DNA of 64,000 nt, from positions 10,896-74,895 of the IMG/VR virus record IMGVR_UViG_2974513524_000001; one strand, 5' to 3'. The stretch's first letter is position 1. Each line of letters starts with the position of its first letter. Positions 29,610 through 37,655 of this stretch are shown in pieces. The position numbers and the translations under genes are program-made. The notes below the pieces were generated by a model, which saw only the letters and a program-made list of their open reading frames with translations, did no database searches and was not told the origin of the DNA. The DNA comes from a virus. Taxonomy: Duplodnaviria; Caudoviricetes.

Positions 29610-29891
29610 ATGGCCGTAGTATTCGTAGTAAAGAATGATGCTGTCGTGCATCGTGAAGAGATAGATCTTGCTAATCGCAAGAAGCTTCTCGGAGCTTTAT
29701 ACCGTAAATACGGTACTAACAGGCTGTTTATACGTGGTGTAAACAGCTCAGGAGATAGAACTAAGTGGGCTCGTGTCGAGTTTGTATGGAACTCAGGCTG
29801 CACTGAGATCAAACATGCCCACATGTACTTCTTACCTGTTAAGGAGTTACCACCAGTGCTTCAGATGATGCAGCTGGTAGGTGCAGCATGA
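29610..29891 (+). CDS. PxxPhixMxxLPhiG family member 3
   Basis: Ends LPPVLQMMQLVGAA. Confidence 0.7.
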   Translation: MAVVFVVKNDAVVHREEIDLANRKKLLGALYRKYGTNRLFIRGVNSSGDRTKWARVEFVWNSGCTEIKHAHMYFLPVKELPPVLQMMQLVGAA

Positions 29892-30148
29892 TGGAAATAA
29901 ATCCGGTTACGAAGAAGTTTGGCTTCAAACTTGGGTACTACTCATTCATCAACGGTGAATGGAAGTACCTGTCTGCGTATGTGAGTTCTGTGGAAGTTCA
30001 CATGGCTTACAAAGCCAACAATGGCGTCTGGTGGTACACCAGTGCTATGAGCAAACCATGGCGTGAAATGATCGTACCCGGTCGTTGGCGCCCACTGGAT
30101 GGAGAACCTAAACCGTTGCAGATGCTGCGACTTGTAGGTGCATTGTGA
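29888..30148 (+). CDS. PxxPhixMxxLPhiG family member 4
   Basis: Ends EPKPLQMLRLVGAL. Confidence 0.7.
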   Translation: MMEINPVTKKFGFKLGYYSFINGEWKYLSAYVSSVEVHMAYKANNGVWWYTSAMSKPWREMIVPGRWRPLDGEPKPLQMLRLVGAL

Positions 30149-30402
30149 GTACTGAAGAATGTACTGACTATTATCTGGATGAAAATGAAATTCCAATAAG
30201 CAAGTACAGTCATGCGTACTCTGAAGACACTTCATTAAAAGATGGTGCTTGGTGTGAAAATACCACTAGAACTATCTATTCCGTGGATAACAAGAATAAA
30301 ACATGGATAAAGGTGTTCTATGAGCAGAAACAATTTGTTGTTAAACGAGTAGAAGAACCTCCAAAGACACTTCAAATGGCTTTATTAATAGGTGCTATAT
30401 GA
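30145..30402 (+). CDS. PxxPhixMxxLPhiG family member 5
   Basis: Ends PPKTLQMALLIGAI. Confidence 0.7.
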   Translation: MSTEECTDYYLDENEIPISKYSHAYSEDTSLKDGAWCENTTRTIYSVDNKNKTWIKVFYEQKQFVVKRVEEPPKTLQMALLIGAI

Positions 30403-30833
30403 AACTCATGGTTGGAAACATGATGGATGTGTTCCCGTTAGTGGACCACTTCATCGTATGTGTCGGTACGAATCTCAAGCGTACTACTGGTGAGTTGATC
30501 ATGCCTGACGGCATGTATAAGCAGCTCGCGGACAAGCATCCTGAACTACCCAAAACCATTGGTGCTTGGGTACGTGAGCAGGATCTTGATGGTGGCATCT
30601 TCGGTCTGAAGTGCACCAGTAAGGTGGGCCTGTTCCAGAACACCATTGTGCTTGCTGACAGGCCAGCACTAGGGGTTATCTCCATGTCTGCCAAGATGCT
30701 AAAAGCCAAGGCTGAGATGCATCCTGACAAGACCTTTGCCCTTGAAGCACCGAATGCCAAGGAACCTTGGTTCTTGATTGAGGGCATAATGCAAACACTA
30801 CCTGACAACGTTCAGGTATGGAGGCCGGAGTGA
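30399..30833 (+). CDS. Divergent macro-domain-like protein
   Basis: MKLMVGNMMD...IVCVGTN...GELIMPDGMYKQLADKHPEL resembles the phage macro-domain N-terminus (G.aVMG.G.A...aD..P.L) but is degenerate. Confidence 0.55.
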   Translation: MKLMVGNMMDVFPLVDHFIVCVGTNLKRTTGELIMPDGMYKQLADKHPELPKTIGAWVREQDLDGGIFGLKCTSKVGLFQNTIVLADRPALGVISMSAKMLKAKAEMHPDKTFALEAPNAKEPWFLIEGIMQTLPDNVQVWRPE

Positions 30834-31132
30834 GTCTGTACGTTGTAGAAAACAATGTCACACGGAAAGCCACAACCAATGGTTTTGGCTCTAGTGCAGT
30901 TATTCCATGCAAAGACTGGCGTAACTGTAAACCTAACCGTTTTATATACGCAGAAGCTAAAGGTCTCTGGTACATCATGAGTGCAGGTGGCTTCTGGAAT
31001 GTTTTACCAAAGAAGCCAGATGTAATCTCTATGGCTGAACTTGTTGGTGCCGTAGGCAAAGTTAGTCTTAAGGAAATCAAAGATGAAATATCGTCTGATT
31101 CGTTTTTCGAGAACCAACGAAGTCGTACTTGA
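30830..31132 (+). CDS. PxxPhixMxxLPhiG family member 6 (C-terminally extended)
   Basis: Contains KPDVISMAELVGAV followed by a ~25-aa extension. Confidence 0.7.
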   Translation: MSLYVVENNVTRKATTNGFGSSAVIPCKDWRNCKPNRFIYAEAKGLWYIMSAGGFWNVLPKKPDVISMAELVGAVGKVSLKEIKDEISSDSFFENQRSRT

Positions 31133-31343
31133 TGTTAAGTGCCAAGCTCCAAACCAGTTTGGTGATAACGAGTTGTTCGCTCAGACTACAGGAGGTACTG
31201 CTGTACTCTACGACTACTCAGTACAGCGTTGGTATGAACTAAACCCAAGTGAGTCTAAACGATTCACAACTTGGTGGGAGTATCCCAAGGATAAGGAGCT
31301 TCCCGGTTACGTCAAGATGATCCAGTTGGTTGGACAAATATGA
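31083..31343 (+). CDS. PxxPhixMxxLPhiG family member 7
   Basis: Ends LPGYVKMIQLVGQI. Confidence 0.7.
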   Translation: MKYRLIRFSRTNEVVLDVKCQAPNQFGDNELFAQTTGGTAVLYDYSVQRWYELNPSESKRFTTWWEYPKDKELPGYVKMIQLVGQI

Positions 31344-31600
31344 GGACAACCAACTTCTACTTCAATGCTGACGGTTCCCTAGATCATACAGATGACGCAG
31401 AAACTGCGATATTTAGATGTAGGGCATGGGTTAAATCTGACAAAGATAGGAGTGTGCTTCAGTACAGACACGAATCTAAGATTCTGTACATCTACCGTAA
31501 TGAAGAAACAAAGAATCCAAACATGATGATTTGGCGTCCGCCGACACCATCAGAAATACCCGATCACATCAAGATGATGAAACTGATAGGAGCAATCTAA
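31340..31600 (+). CDS. PxxPhixMxxLPhiG family member 8
   Basis: Ends IPDHIKMMKLIGAI. Confidence 0.7.
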   Translation: MRTTNFYFNADGSLDHTDDAETAIFRCRAWVKSDKDRSVLQYRHESKILYIYRNEETKNPNMMIWRPPTPSEIPDHIKMMKLIGAI

Positions 31601-32523
31601 TGCAACTAATGCGTACCTATGACATGCAGCTGGCGAATGAATATCGCTTCGCTCGTGCCCACATCGACAAGTATATGCGTGACTACGTTAGGAATGACGT
31701 TGAAGTGCAGCCTCTGCTTGCTGAGGGGCTTGAACTGCTGAGTGCGTACGTATGGGCTGAATACGATTACACCTCTAAGAACCTGCGTGTAGCTCAGCTA
31801 CGCAACATGGATCTTGAAGAACTGGTGTTCGAAATTGTTGTAGCCAGTGCTTACTGTCAGTATGAAGAAATGCTTTCAAGCTTCTGTGCCAAGTTGGCCG
31901 GTACTCTGAAGTTCTCTGACAAGGTAGACAGCATTCAAACCATCAGTGAGATGGTTGCTGTGCTGTGGGATACAGGTCTTTATGAGCTGATCAAGAATGA
32001 CAAGTTCGATAGCTGGCATATTCAGTCAAACATCGAGCTGAGTCATGAACTTGAGCAGTACATTGTGAACTGTTCCTACCTCCCGCCTATGGTTCATAAG
32101 CCTGAACCACTCAACAGCAATCGTGACACTCCGTACCATACCATCGGTATGGATAGTGTCATTCTGAACAAAGGTCACCACGAGGGTGACGTATGTTTGG
32201 ATGTTCTTGACCGCATGAACATGACTGCACTATCACTCAATATTGAGTTCCTGTGCAGAGTTGAAGAAGAACCTAATGCCGATATGTCGTCGGCTGATAA
32301 GCAAGCCAACTGGCTTAGCATGAAGGCTCAGAGCCACGAGCATTACAAGCTCATGGTTTCACAGGGTAATCGCTTCTGGCTTGGCCACAAGTGTGACCGT
32401 CGTGGTCGTGGTTATGCTCAGGGTTATCACATCTCCACTCAAGGGAGCCCATACAAGAAAGCCATGATCGACTTCGCTGATAAGGAAGTTGCTACAGGCG
32501 TACCTCAGGAGTACATGCTTTGA
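31600..32523 (+). CDS. RNA polymerase II subunit 1 (N4 gp15-like)
   Basis: YLPPMVHKP, HHEGDVCLD and HKCDRRGRGYAQGYHISTQG (DxxGR) motifs. Confidence 0.92.
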   Translation: MQLMRTYDMQLANEYRFARAHIDKYMRDYVRNDVEVQPLLAEGLELLSAYVWAEYDYTSKNLRVAQLRNMDLEELVFEIVVASAYCQYEEMLSSFCAKLAGTLKFSDKVDSIQTISEMVAVLWDTGLYELIKNDKFDSWHIQSNIELSHELEQYIVNCSYLPPMVHKPEPLNSNRDTPYHTIGMDSVILNKGHHEGDVCLDVLDRMNMTALSLNIEFLCRVEEEPNADMSSADKQANWLSMKAQSHEHYKLMVSQGNRFWLGHKCDRRGRGYAQGYHISTQGSPYKKAMIDFADKEVATGVPQEYML

Positions 32524-33089
32524 ATATAAAACCAGTAGTTAGCATTAGCCTCAGTGCACCAAAAGTTATTGATCATGACTTCTTTGTGTTCACTAGTCAG
32601 GTGCGTTACAAAGAATCAAATCAGTATTGGCTTGTTAAATGCATTTTCACCAGCTTCGAAGGTGCTAGGCGCCTAAAGGAATTCCATTCTATGTACAAAG
32701 CTAAAGCTTTGTACGAAGCCTATGAATGGCTGAAAGAGCAGAAAGGGCTGGACGATAAGATTCAACGTGAGTTGAAGAAAAAGAAAGACCATCGCAGTTC
32801 TAGTTACATGACCAAGATGCGTCTGCGTCAAACTGTTATCAAAAGCACGATGGGCGACAAACGTTATCGTCTTACTTACAGAGATGTAAGTGATGAGAAT
32901 GCTCTGTACTTTGGGTACGGTGATACACCACAAGAAGCCTATATGGCTTTGGTTGACGCAATGTCTGCCGTATACAACAAACCTCCACGTCGTCGTAATG
33001 AACATGGCGTTGTAATCGGCCTGACTCCTACCAATGACACAACAAAATACCGCCAACACTGGTGGCAATTCTGGAGACCAAAACTGTGA
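32520..33089 (+). CDS. Hypothetical protein
   Basis: 189 aa basic protein between the RNAP II subunits, ending WWQFWRPKL. Confidence 0.65.
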   Translation: MNIKPVVSISLSAPKVIDHDFFVFTSQVRYKESNQYWLVKCIFTSFEGARRLKEFHSMYKAKALYEAYEWLKEQKGLDDKIQRELKKKKDHRSSSYMTKMRLRQTVIKSTMGDKRYRLTYRDVSDENALYFGYGDTPQEAYMALVDAMSAVYNKPPRRRNEHGVVIGLTPTNDTTKYRQHWWQFWRPKL

Positions 33090-33460
33090 GTTCATCACAA
33101 GAGTTTCGCTTAATAGTTGCTGGTGGTCGTGACTTCACGGACGTTGATCGTATCGTCCAAGAAGTCTATGGCTTGATGGTCAATGAGTTGAAAGACTTTG
33201 AGATCGTCATTGTACAAGGCGAAGCCAGAGGTGCTGACAAGTCTGCAAAGATTGCAGCACAGCGTCTCAAGTTAAAATGTGAATCCTTCCCTGCTGAGTG
33301 GGACTTGCATGGCAAGGCTGCTGGTCCGATACGTAACAGAGCAATGGCAGAAGTTGCTGATGGTTTACTGGCTTTTTGGGACGGTGAATCCAAGGGCACT
33401 GCCAACATGATCCAAGTTATGCGTACGCATGGCAAAAACGTACGTGTTCGTAGTTATTAA
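33086..33460 (+). CDS. DUF2493 / YspA-SLOG family protein
   Basis: RLIVAGGRDF, GEARGAD, AGPIRNRAM and SKGTANMI motifs. Confidence 0.85.
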   Translation: MSSSQEFRLIVAGGRDFTDVDRIVQEVYGLMVNELKDFEIVIVQGEARGADKSAKIAAQRLKLKCESFPAEWDLHGKAAGPIRNRAMAEVADGLLAFWDGESKGTANMIQVMRTHGKNVRVRSY

Positions 33461-33474
33461 TTGAGAGAGTCCAT

Positions 33475-34725
33475 ATGAAAGCTTACTCCGCGTTCGAAAT
33501 GATCTGCATTGATATCGCCAACCAAGGTTGGGACGATAAGAAGCTGTTTGAAGAACGCATTCAGTGGACTCTTGATAACTTCCGTCGTCTGACGGTTATC
33601 GATACTCCAAAGAAGGAGCGTCCTCTGTATGTTAAGGCCGTAATGGCCTTGTTCGACTGCTGCCGTGGCATTGCCATCGGTCACATGGTTGGCTTGGATG
33701 CAACCTGCTCAGGCATGTCCATCATGTCTGTGCTGACCAAGTGCTACAACGGTTGCTATGCAACCAACCTGATTGACCCCAACGTACGTAACGATGCCTA
33801 CACCATGGTAACTGACCACGCGTCAGAGAACCTTGGTGGTGGTCTGATCGTAACCCGTCAGGATGCCAAAGATGCAACCATGAAAGGTCTGTATGGCTCT
33901 CAGGCTGAACCAAAGAAAATCTTCGGTGAAGATACACCTGAGCTGGCTGCGTTCTACGTTGGCTTGACCAAGACTGCACCGGGTGCTGTAGAGCTGCTGG
34001 GTGACCTGCGTCATGCATGGCAAGCAGGTGCATTGTTCCACGCTTGGACCTTGCCTGACTGCTACCGTGCACACGTCAAGGTCATGGTTATGCAGGAAGC
34101 TCGTATTGAAGTAGACGAGCTGGATCACTCTACTTTCACTCACATCTTCTATGTGAACGAAGGTACTCAGGGTGACCTGAAACTGATTGCAAACGTGACC
34201 CACAGCTTCGATGCATACCTGCTTCGCTGCTTGGTTCGCCGCTGCAACTACAACGAGGAGCGTATCACTAAGTCCGATGCAATCCTCGTTGCAGAAGCTC
34301 AGGCACGTCGTGCTGGCAAGTCGTACGAGCTGGTCATGGAAGAAGCTGAAACCATCGAAGATAACCTGATTGAACGTTGGTTCAGCTCAGGTGTTCCAGA
34401 TGCTCGGCTGTTGGACTACCTGACCAAGGAAGGTGTTAAGTTCATGTCTGATCTGCACATTAAGCAGATGATCCGCATCGCTAACGAGATGCTCTCCTAC
34501 CCGTCATTCCCAGTGGTAACAGTCCATGACGAATTCAAGTGTCACCCAAACAACAGCACGCAAATGCGTAAACACTACGTCTCGATCCTTGCAGATCTTG
34601 CTCGCGGTAGCGCATTGGAAGATGTGTATGAACAGATCACCGGTGATGTTCCGACTTATGCCGGTGGTATGGATGGCGATGAACTCGCTGAACTGATCCT
34701 GGAGTCTAACTATGCAATTTCGTAA
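33475..34725 (+). CDS. RNA polymerase II subunit 2 (N4 gp16-like)
   Basis: Motif A GLDATCSG, motif B RQDAKDATMKGLYGS, motif C VHDEF. Confidence 0.93.
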   Translation: MKAYSAFEMICIDIANQGWDDKKLFEERIQWTLDNFRRLTVIDTPKKERPLYVKAVMALFDCCRGIAIGHMVGLDATCSGMSIMSVLTKCYNGCYATNLIDPNVRNDAYTMVTDHASENLGGGLIVTRQDAKDATMKGLYGSQAEPKKIFGEDTPELAAFYVGLTKTAPGAVELLGDLRHAWQAGALFHAWTLPDCYRAHVKVMVMQEARIEVDELDHSTFTHIFYVNEGTQGDLKLIANVTHSFDAYLLRCLVRRCNYNEERITKSDAILVAEAQARRAGKSYELVMEEAETIEDNLIERWFSSGVPDARLLDYLTKEGVKFMSDLHIKQMIRIANEMLSYPSFPVVTVHDEFKCHPNNSTQMRKHYVSILADLARGSALEDVYEQITGDVPTYAGGMDGDELAELILESNYAIS

Positions 34726-34828
34726 CAAGCTTGCCTTAGCAATCTACTACGCCTACAACAAAAACATGTGGGAGCACGTACGAGTAGTACGTGAACCATC
34801 TTGGTTTGATGTAAGGCGAATTAGTTGA
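34712..34828 (+). CDS. Small hypothetical protein (38 aa)
   Basis: Hand-translated MQFRNKLALAIYY...; GGAG RBS inside the RNAP2 3' end. Confidence 0.4.
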   Translation: MQFRNKLALAIYYAYNKNMWEHVRVVREPSWFDVRRIS

Positions 34829-34848
34829 GCTAGCGTCACTCCGTGACG

Positions 34849-34891
34849 ATCCTTGATCCCTCCATTAGGAGGGGTTGAGGATAATTTTTTT
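34849..34891 (+). terminator. Terminator after the RNAP II operon
   Basis: ATCCTTGATCCCTCC-ATTA-GGAGGGGTTGAGGAT followed by AATTTTTTT. Confidence 0.6.
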
Positions 34892-34906
34892 CTAGTAGAG
34901 GTAGTT

Positions 34907-35116
34907 ATGCCGCAAGCCTATGAAATGCTTAGCAACAGTAAGATTGAGCCGGAAGCAACCATCGGAAAGACAGTCTACAAGTGCGCTCGGCACGATTACG
35001 GCTGTGCCGGTGATGACACCCGTACCACTGGTGTGGAACACATCAGTTTGTCTTTGAAACCGGACGGTGATTATCCGTTCTTTACACACCGTGTTAGCGA
35101 ACTAAAAAAGCTGTAA
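34907..35116 (+). CDS. Hypothetical protein
   Basis: GAGGT RBS; DYGCAGDDTR...GDYPFFT. Confidence 0.7.
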   Translation: MPQAYEMLSNSKIEPEATIGKTVYKCARHDYGCAGDDTRTTGVEHISLSLKPDGDYPFFTHRVSELKKL

Positions 35117-35144
35117 CACAGACAGTCAGTCAGGAGAGTCCCAA

Positions 35145-37655
35145 GTGGAAGTAACTCAAAAAGATGACCACATTACCCATGCGGTAGCTGGTCAGCACGA
35201 ATCCGTTGAAATGGGTATGAGTAGCAGTGCTGCACTCATGCACATCATGTCCGCAGCGTTGTATACGCACCCGGAGCTGGCAACTGTACGTGAGCCTATC
35301 TGCAACGCTTGGGATGCTCACATCACTGCTGGCAAGACAGATCAACCCATCATTATCAATGTTACTGAGCGCGCTTTCAGCGTTCAGGACTTTGGTTCTG
35401 GTATCCCGCATCACAAGATCGGCCAGATCTATGGCACCTATGGTGACTCCACCAAACGTGAAGACAGCGATGTAACCGGTGGCTTCGGCCTGGGTTCTAA
35501 AGCCCCATTCGCGTACACAGACCTCTTTGAAGTGGTCTCGTGCAACGAAGGTACGAAGACTATATACCGTGTCTCCAAGTCGTCTATGGAGAAGGGTGGC
35601 AAACCAGCCATCCACAAGGTAGTAGACATGCCTACAGAGGACACGGGTATTACTGTGTCCTTTGGCTTGAAAGAAGGCCACCGTAGCAAGTTCCTGAAGC
35701 TGGTCAAAGAAGTGGTTGCACTTGGTGCAATCAAAGCTGTGATCAACGAAGGTGCTGACGACGTTGACATTCTTCCGCTAGAAGACAGTCCGACCGGCTA
35801 CATCATTAGCAGTGTATCAGGCACTGTTACTGACACGATCAACCTGCGTTATGGCAATGTGGTTTATCCCATCCCTTGCCGAGAGGAATATGCGCACGAG
35901 TTTAAGATCGTGATGAAATTCATGGACCATCTGTGGGGTGACGCCAATATCATTTTCATGGCTGCACCAAACACTGTGTCTATCGCACCAAGTCGTGAGA
36001 ACTTGATTCTCACAGACTGTACGGTAGCTACCATCAAGAAAGCTCTTGGTCAATTTGACCCTAAGCTGATTGAGCGAGTAGAAGAAACCAACAAGCAGAA
36101 CCTCAACCAGTTGCGTAACAAGACGTTGGAACTGGAAAAGATTCCTACGAGTTACTCTGACATAAACCAGGCAGTGACAATCGACATTACTGGTAAAGAA
36201 GGTAAGCGTCTTGGTTTGCTTCCATATGCCTATACGGTTAAAGAAGCACACCAACAGCAGTTCCTGCGCAACACTGACAAAGATGTTCCCACTGATCTCG
36301 CGTTGATGCGTCGAATCAAGAAACTCGTTGACAGCCGCCAGTGTAACTCTGTGCTTGGTAAAGAAATCATCAAGTATTTGAAAGTTGAAAAGCGCCAGCT
36401 TGAAAACTTTTATAAAGCACCTGTACGCGGTATGAAGCCTTCTCGCGTTATACGCAACAAAGAGGTAATCAACTCAGTTCGTAAGCATGTTTTCTTGCCA
36501 GTGTATGAAGCCATCAAGGCTGAACCACGTGTAAGTAAAGATCGCTTTCAATGCGTTGAATCCTTCAGCTGGGGTGGCCCTACGTTCTGTAGACCAAAAG
36601 ACTTCCGCATTAGCGATTACTCTACTGCGGCTGGCTTCCTGTTTCCTCGTGTGATTATTGGTACAACGAATGCGCGTATTGGTCAGTATCTGAAAGATCA
36701 GAACCAAAATCGTTATTCGCATGACCGTGATCATTCTTGGATGGTCTATCGCAGCTCTACGCAACCAGCTTCAATACAAGCAGCTGTGGATATGTTCCAG
36801 AAGCTTGGTTTCGAAGTGCATAACGTAGCTGTGGCGGCTGCACCACGTAAGAAGCTTGCTGACTTTGTTGGCCCTATGTTGCCTAGTGCACCAAAGGCTA
36901 AACCAAGGAAGAAGCTTCTGAGCTTGAATCAGAGCTATGACCGTAGTTCACGGACATACTTGCTCTCTACAGCTCGTGGGCATAAAGAGGGTGAATGTGA
37001 GAGCCCTCTGGCTTGGGTAATACTGCGTAGCAAATCAGCAGGTGGACCCGGCCCTAAACGTATTGGTTATATGAGCATCGAGCAGTCAGCAATTGTTCGT
37101 AAATTGCTAGGTGATCGCATTGCTGTGGTAACCAGTGCACAAGCTGACGCGCTTAAGTTAAAAGGAGTTGTTTCCGTGCAAGAAATGATCAACAAGTACG
37201 TTAACGACAAAGTGGCTGAATCGCCATTGTTCAAACGTTATATGGCGTTTGGTTTCCATGCATCAGAGCGTTCTGAGTATGGAAACGGTGCTGATCAGCG
37301 TATCTATAAGTTAATGCATCAGTTATCGGTGCAGAAAAATTTCATGGACAGTATCGGCCTGCGTTTCAGCGTGGATGCAGAAACTGCAATGCTGGTTAAG
37401 TTCATGGAACACGAGGACGACGAATGTTTCCCAGCACTCGAAGAAGTGAAGAAACAGGTTAAGCCTCACGAAATGTTCACGAAGATGTATCAGCTGATTA
37501 AAACATCTGAGTGGGCACCCTTTATCAACATGGGCGCGCTGGGAACAGCGTTGGAAATGGCTGGTAAAGATTTGAGTGAGGATTCTATCCCGCTCAAAAT
37601 CATACGGGAACTAGTCCCGTTCAAGAAACTCCACTCTCGACAGGTAGCTACCTAA
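35145..37655 (+). CDS. rIIA: rIIA-like protein
   Basis: N-terminal GHKL ATPase motifs (VREPICNAWDAH, DFGSGI, GGFGLGSKAPFAY); paired with rIIB. Confidence 0.9.
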   Translation: MEVTQKDDHITHAVAGQHESVEMGMSSSAALMHIMSAALYTHPELATVREPICNAWDAHITAGKTDQPIIINVTERAFSVQDFGSGIPHHKIGQIYGTYGDSTKREDSDVTGGFGLGSKAPFAYTDLFEVVSCNEGTKTIYRVSKSSMEKGGKPAIHKVVDMPTEDTGITVSFGLKEGHRSKFLKLVKEVVALGAIKAVINEGADDVDILPLEDSPTGYIISSVSGTVTDTINLRYGNVVYPIPCREEYAHEFKIVMKFMDHLWGDANIIFMAAPNTVSIAPSRENLILTDCTVATIKKALGQFDPKLIERVEETNKQNLNQLRNKTLELEKIPTSYSDINQAVTIDITGKEGKRLGLLPYAYTVKEAHQQQFLRNTDKDVPTDLALMRRIKKLVDSRQCNSVLGKEIIKYLKVEKRQLENFYKAPVRGMKPSRVIRNKEVINSVRKHVFLPVYEAIKAEPRVSKDRFQCVESFSWGGPTFCRPKDFRISDYSTAAGFLFPRVIIGTTNARIGQYLKDQNQNRYSHDRDHSWMVYRSSTQPASIQAAVDMFQKLGFEVHNVAVAAAPRKKLADFVGPMLPSAPKAKPRKKLLSLNQSYDRSSRTYLLSTARGHKEGECESPLAWVILRSKSAGGPGPKRIGYMSIEQSAIVRKLLGDRIAVVTSAQADALKLKGVVSVQEMINKYVNDKVAESPLFKRYMAFGFHASERSEYGNGADQRIYKLMHQLSVQKNFMDSIGLRFSVDAETAMLVKFMEHEDDECFPALEEVKKQVKPHEMFTKMYQLIKTSEWAPFINMGALGTALEMAGKDLSEDSIPLKIIRELVPFKKLHSRQVAT

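Noticed and set aside
29348-31600. Integron-like or DGR-like cassette array hypothesis for the paralog cluster
   Set aside because: No DNA-level repeats or attC-like sites between genes, and no integrase or reverse transcriptase in the window
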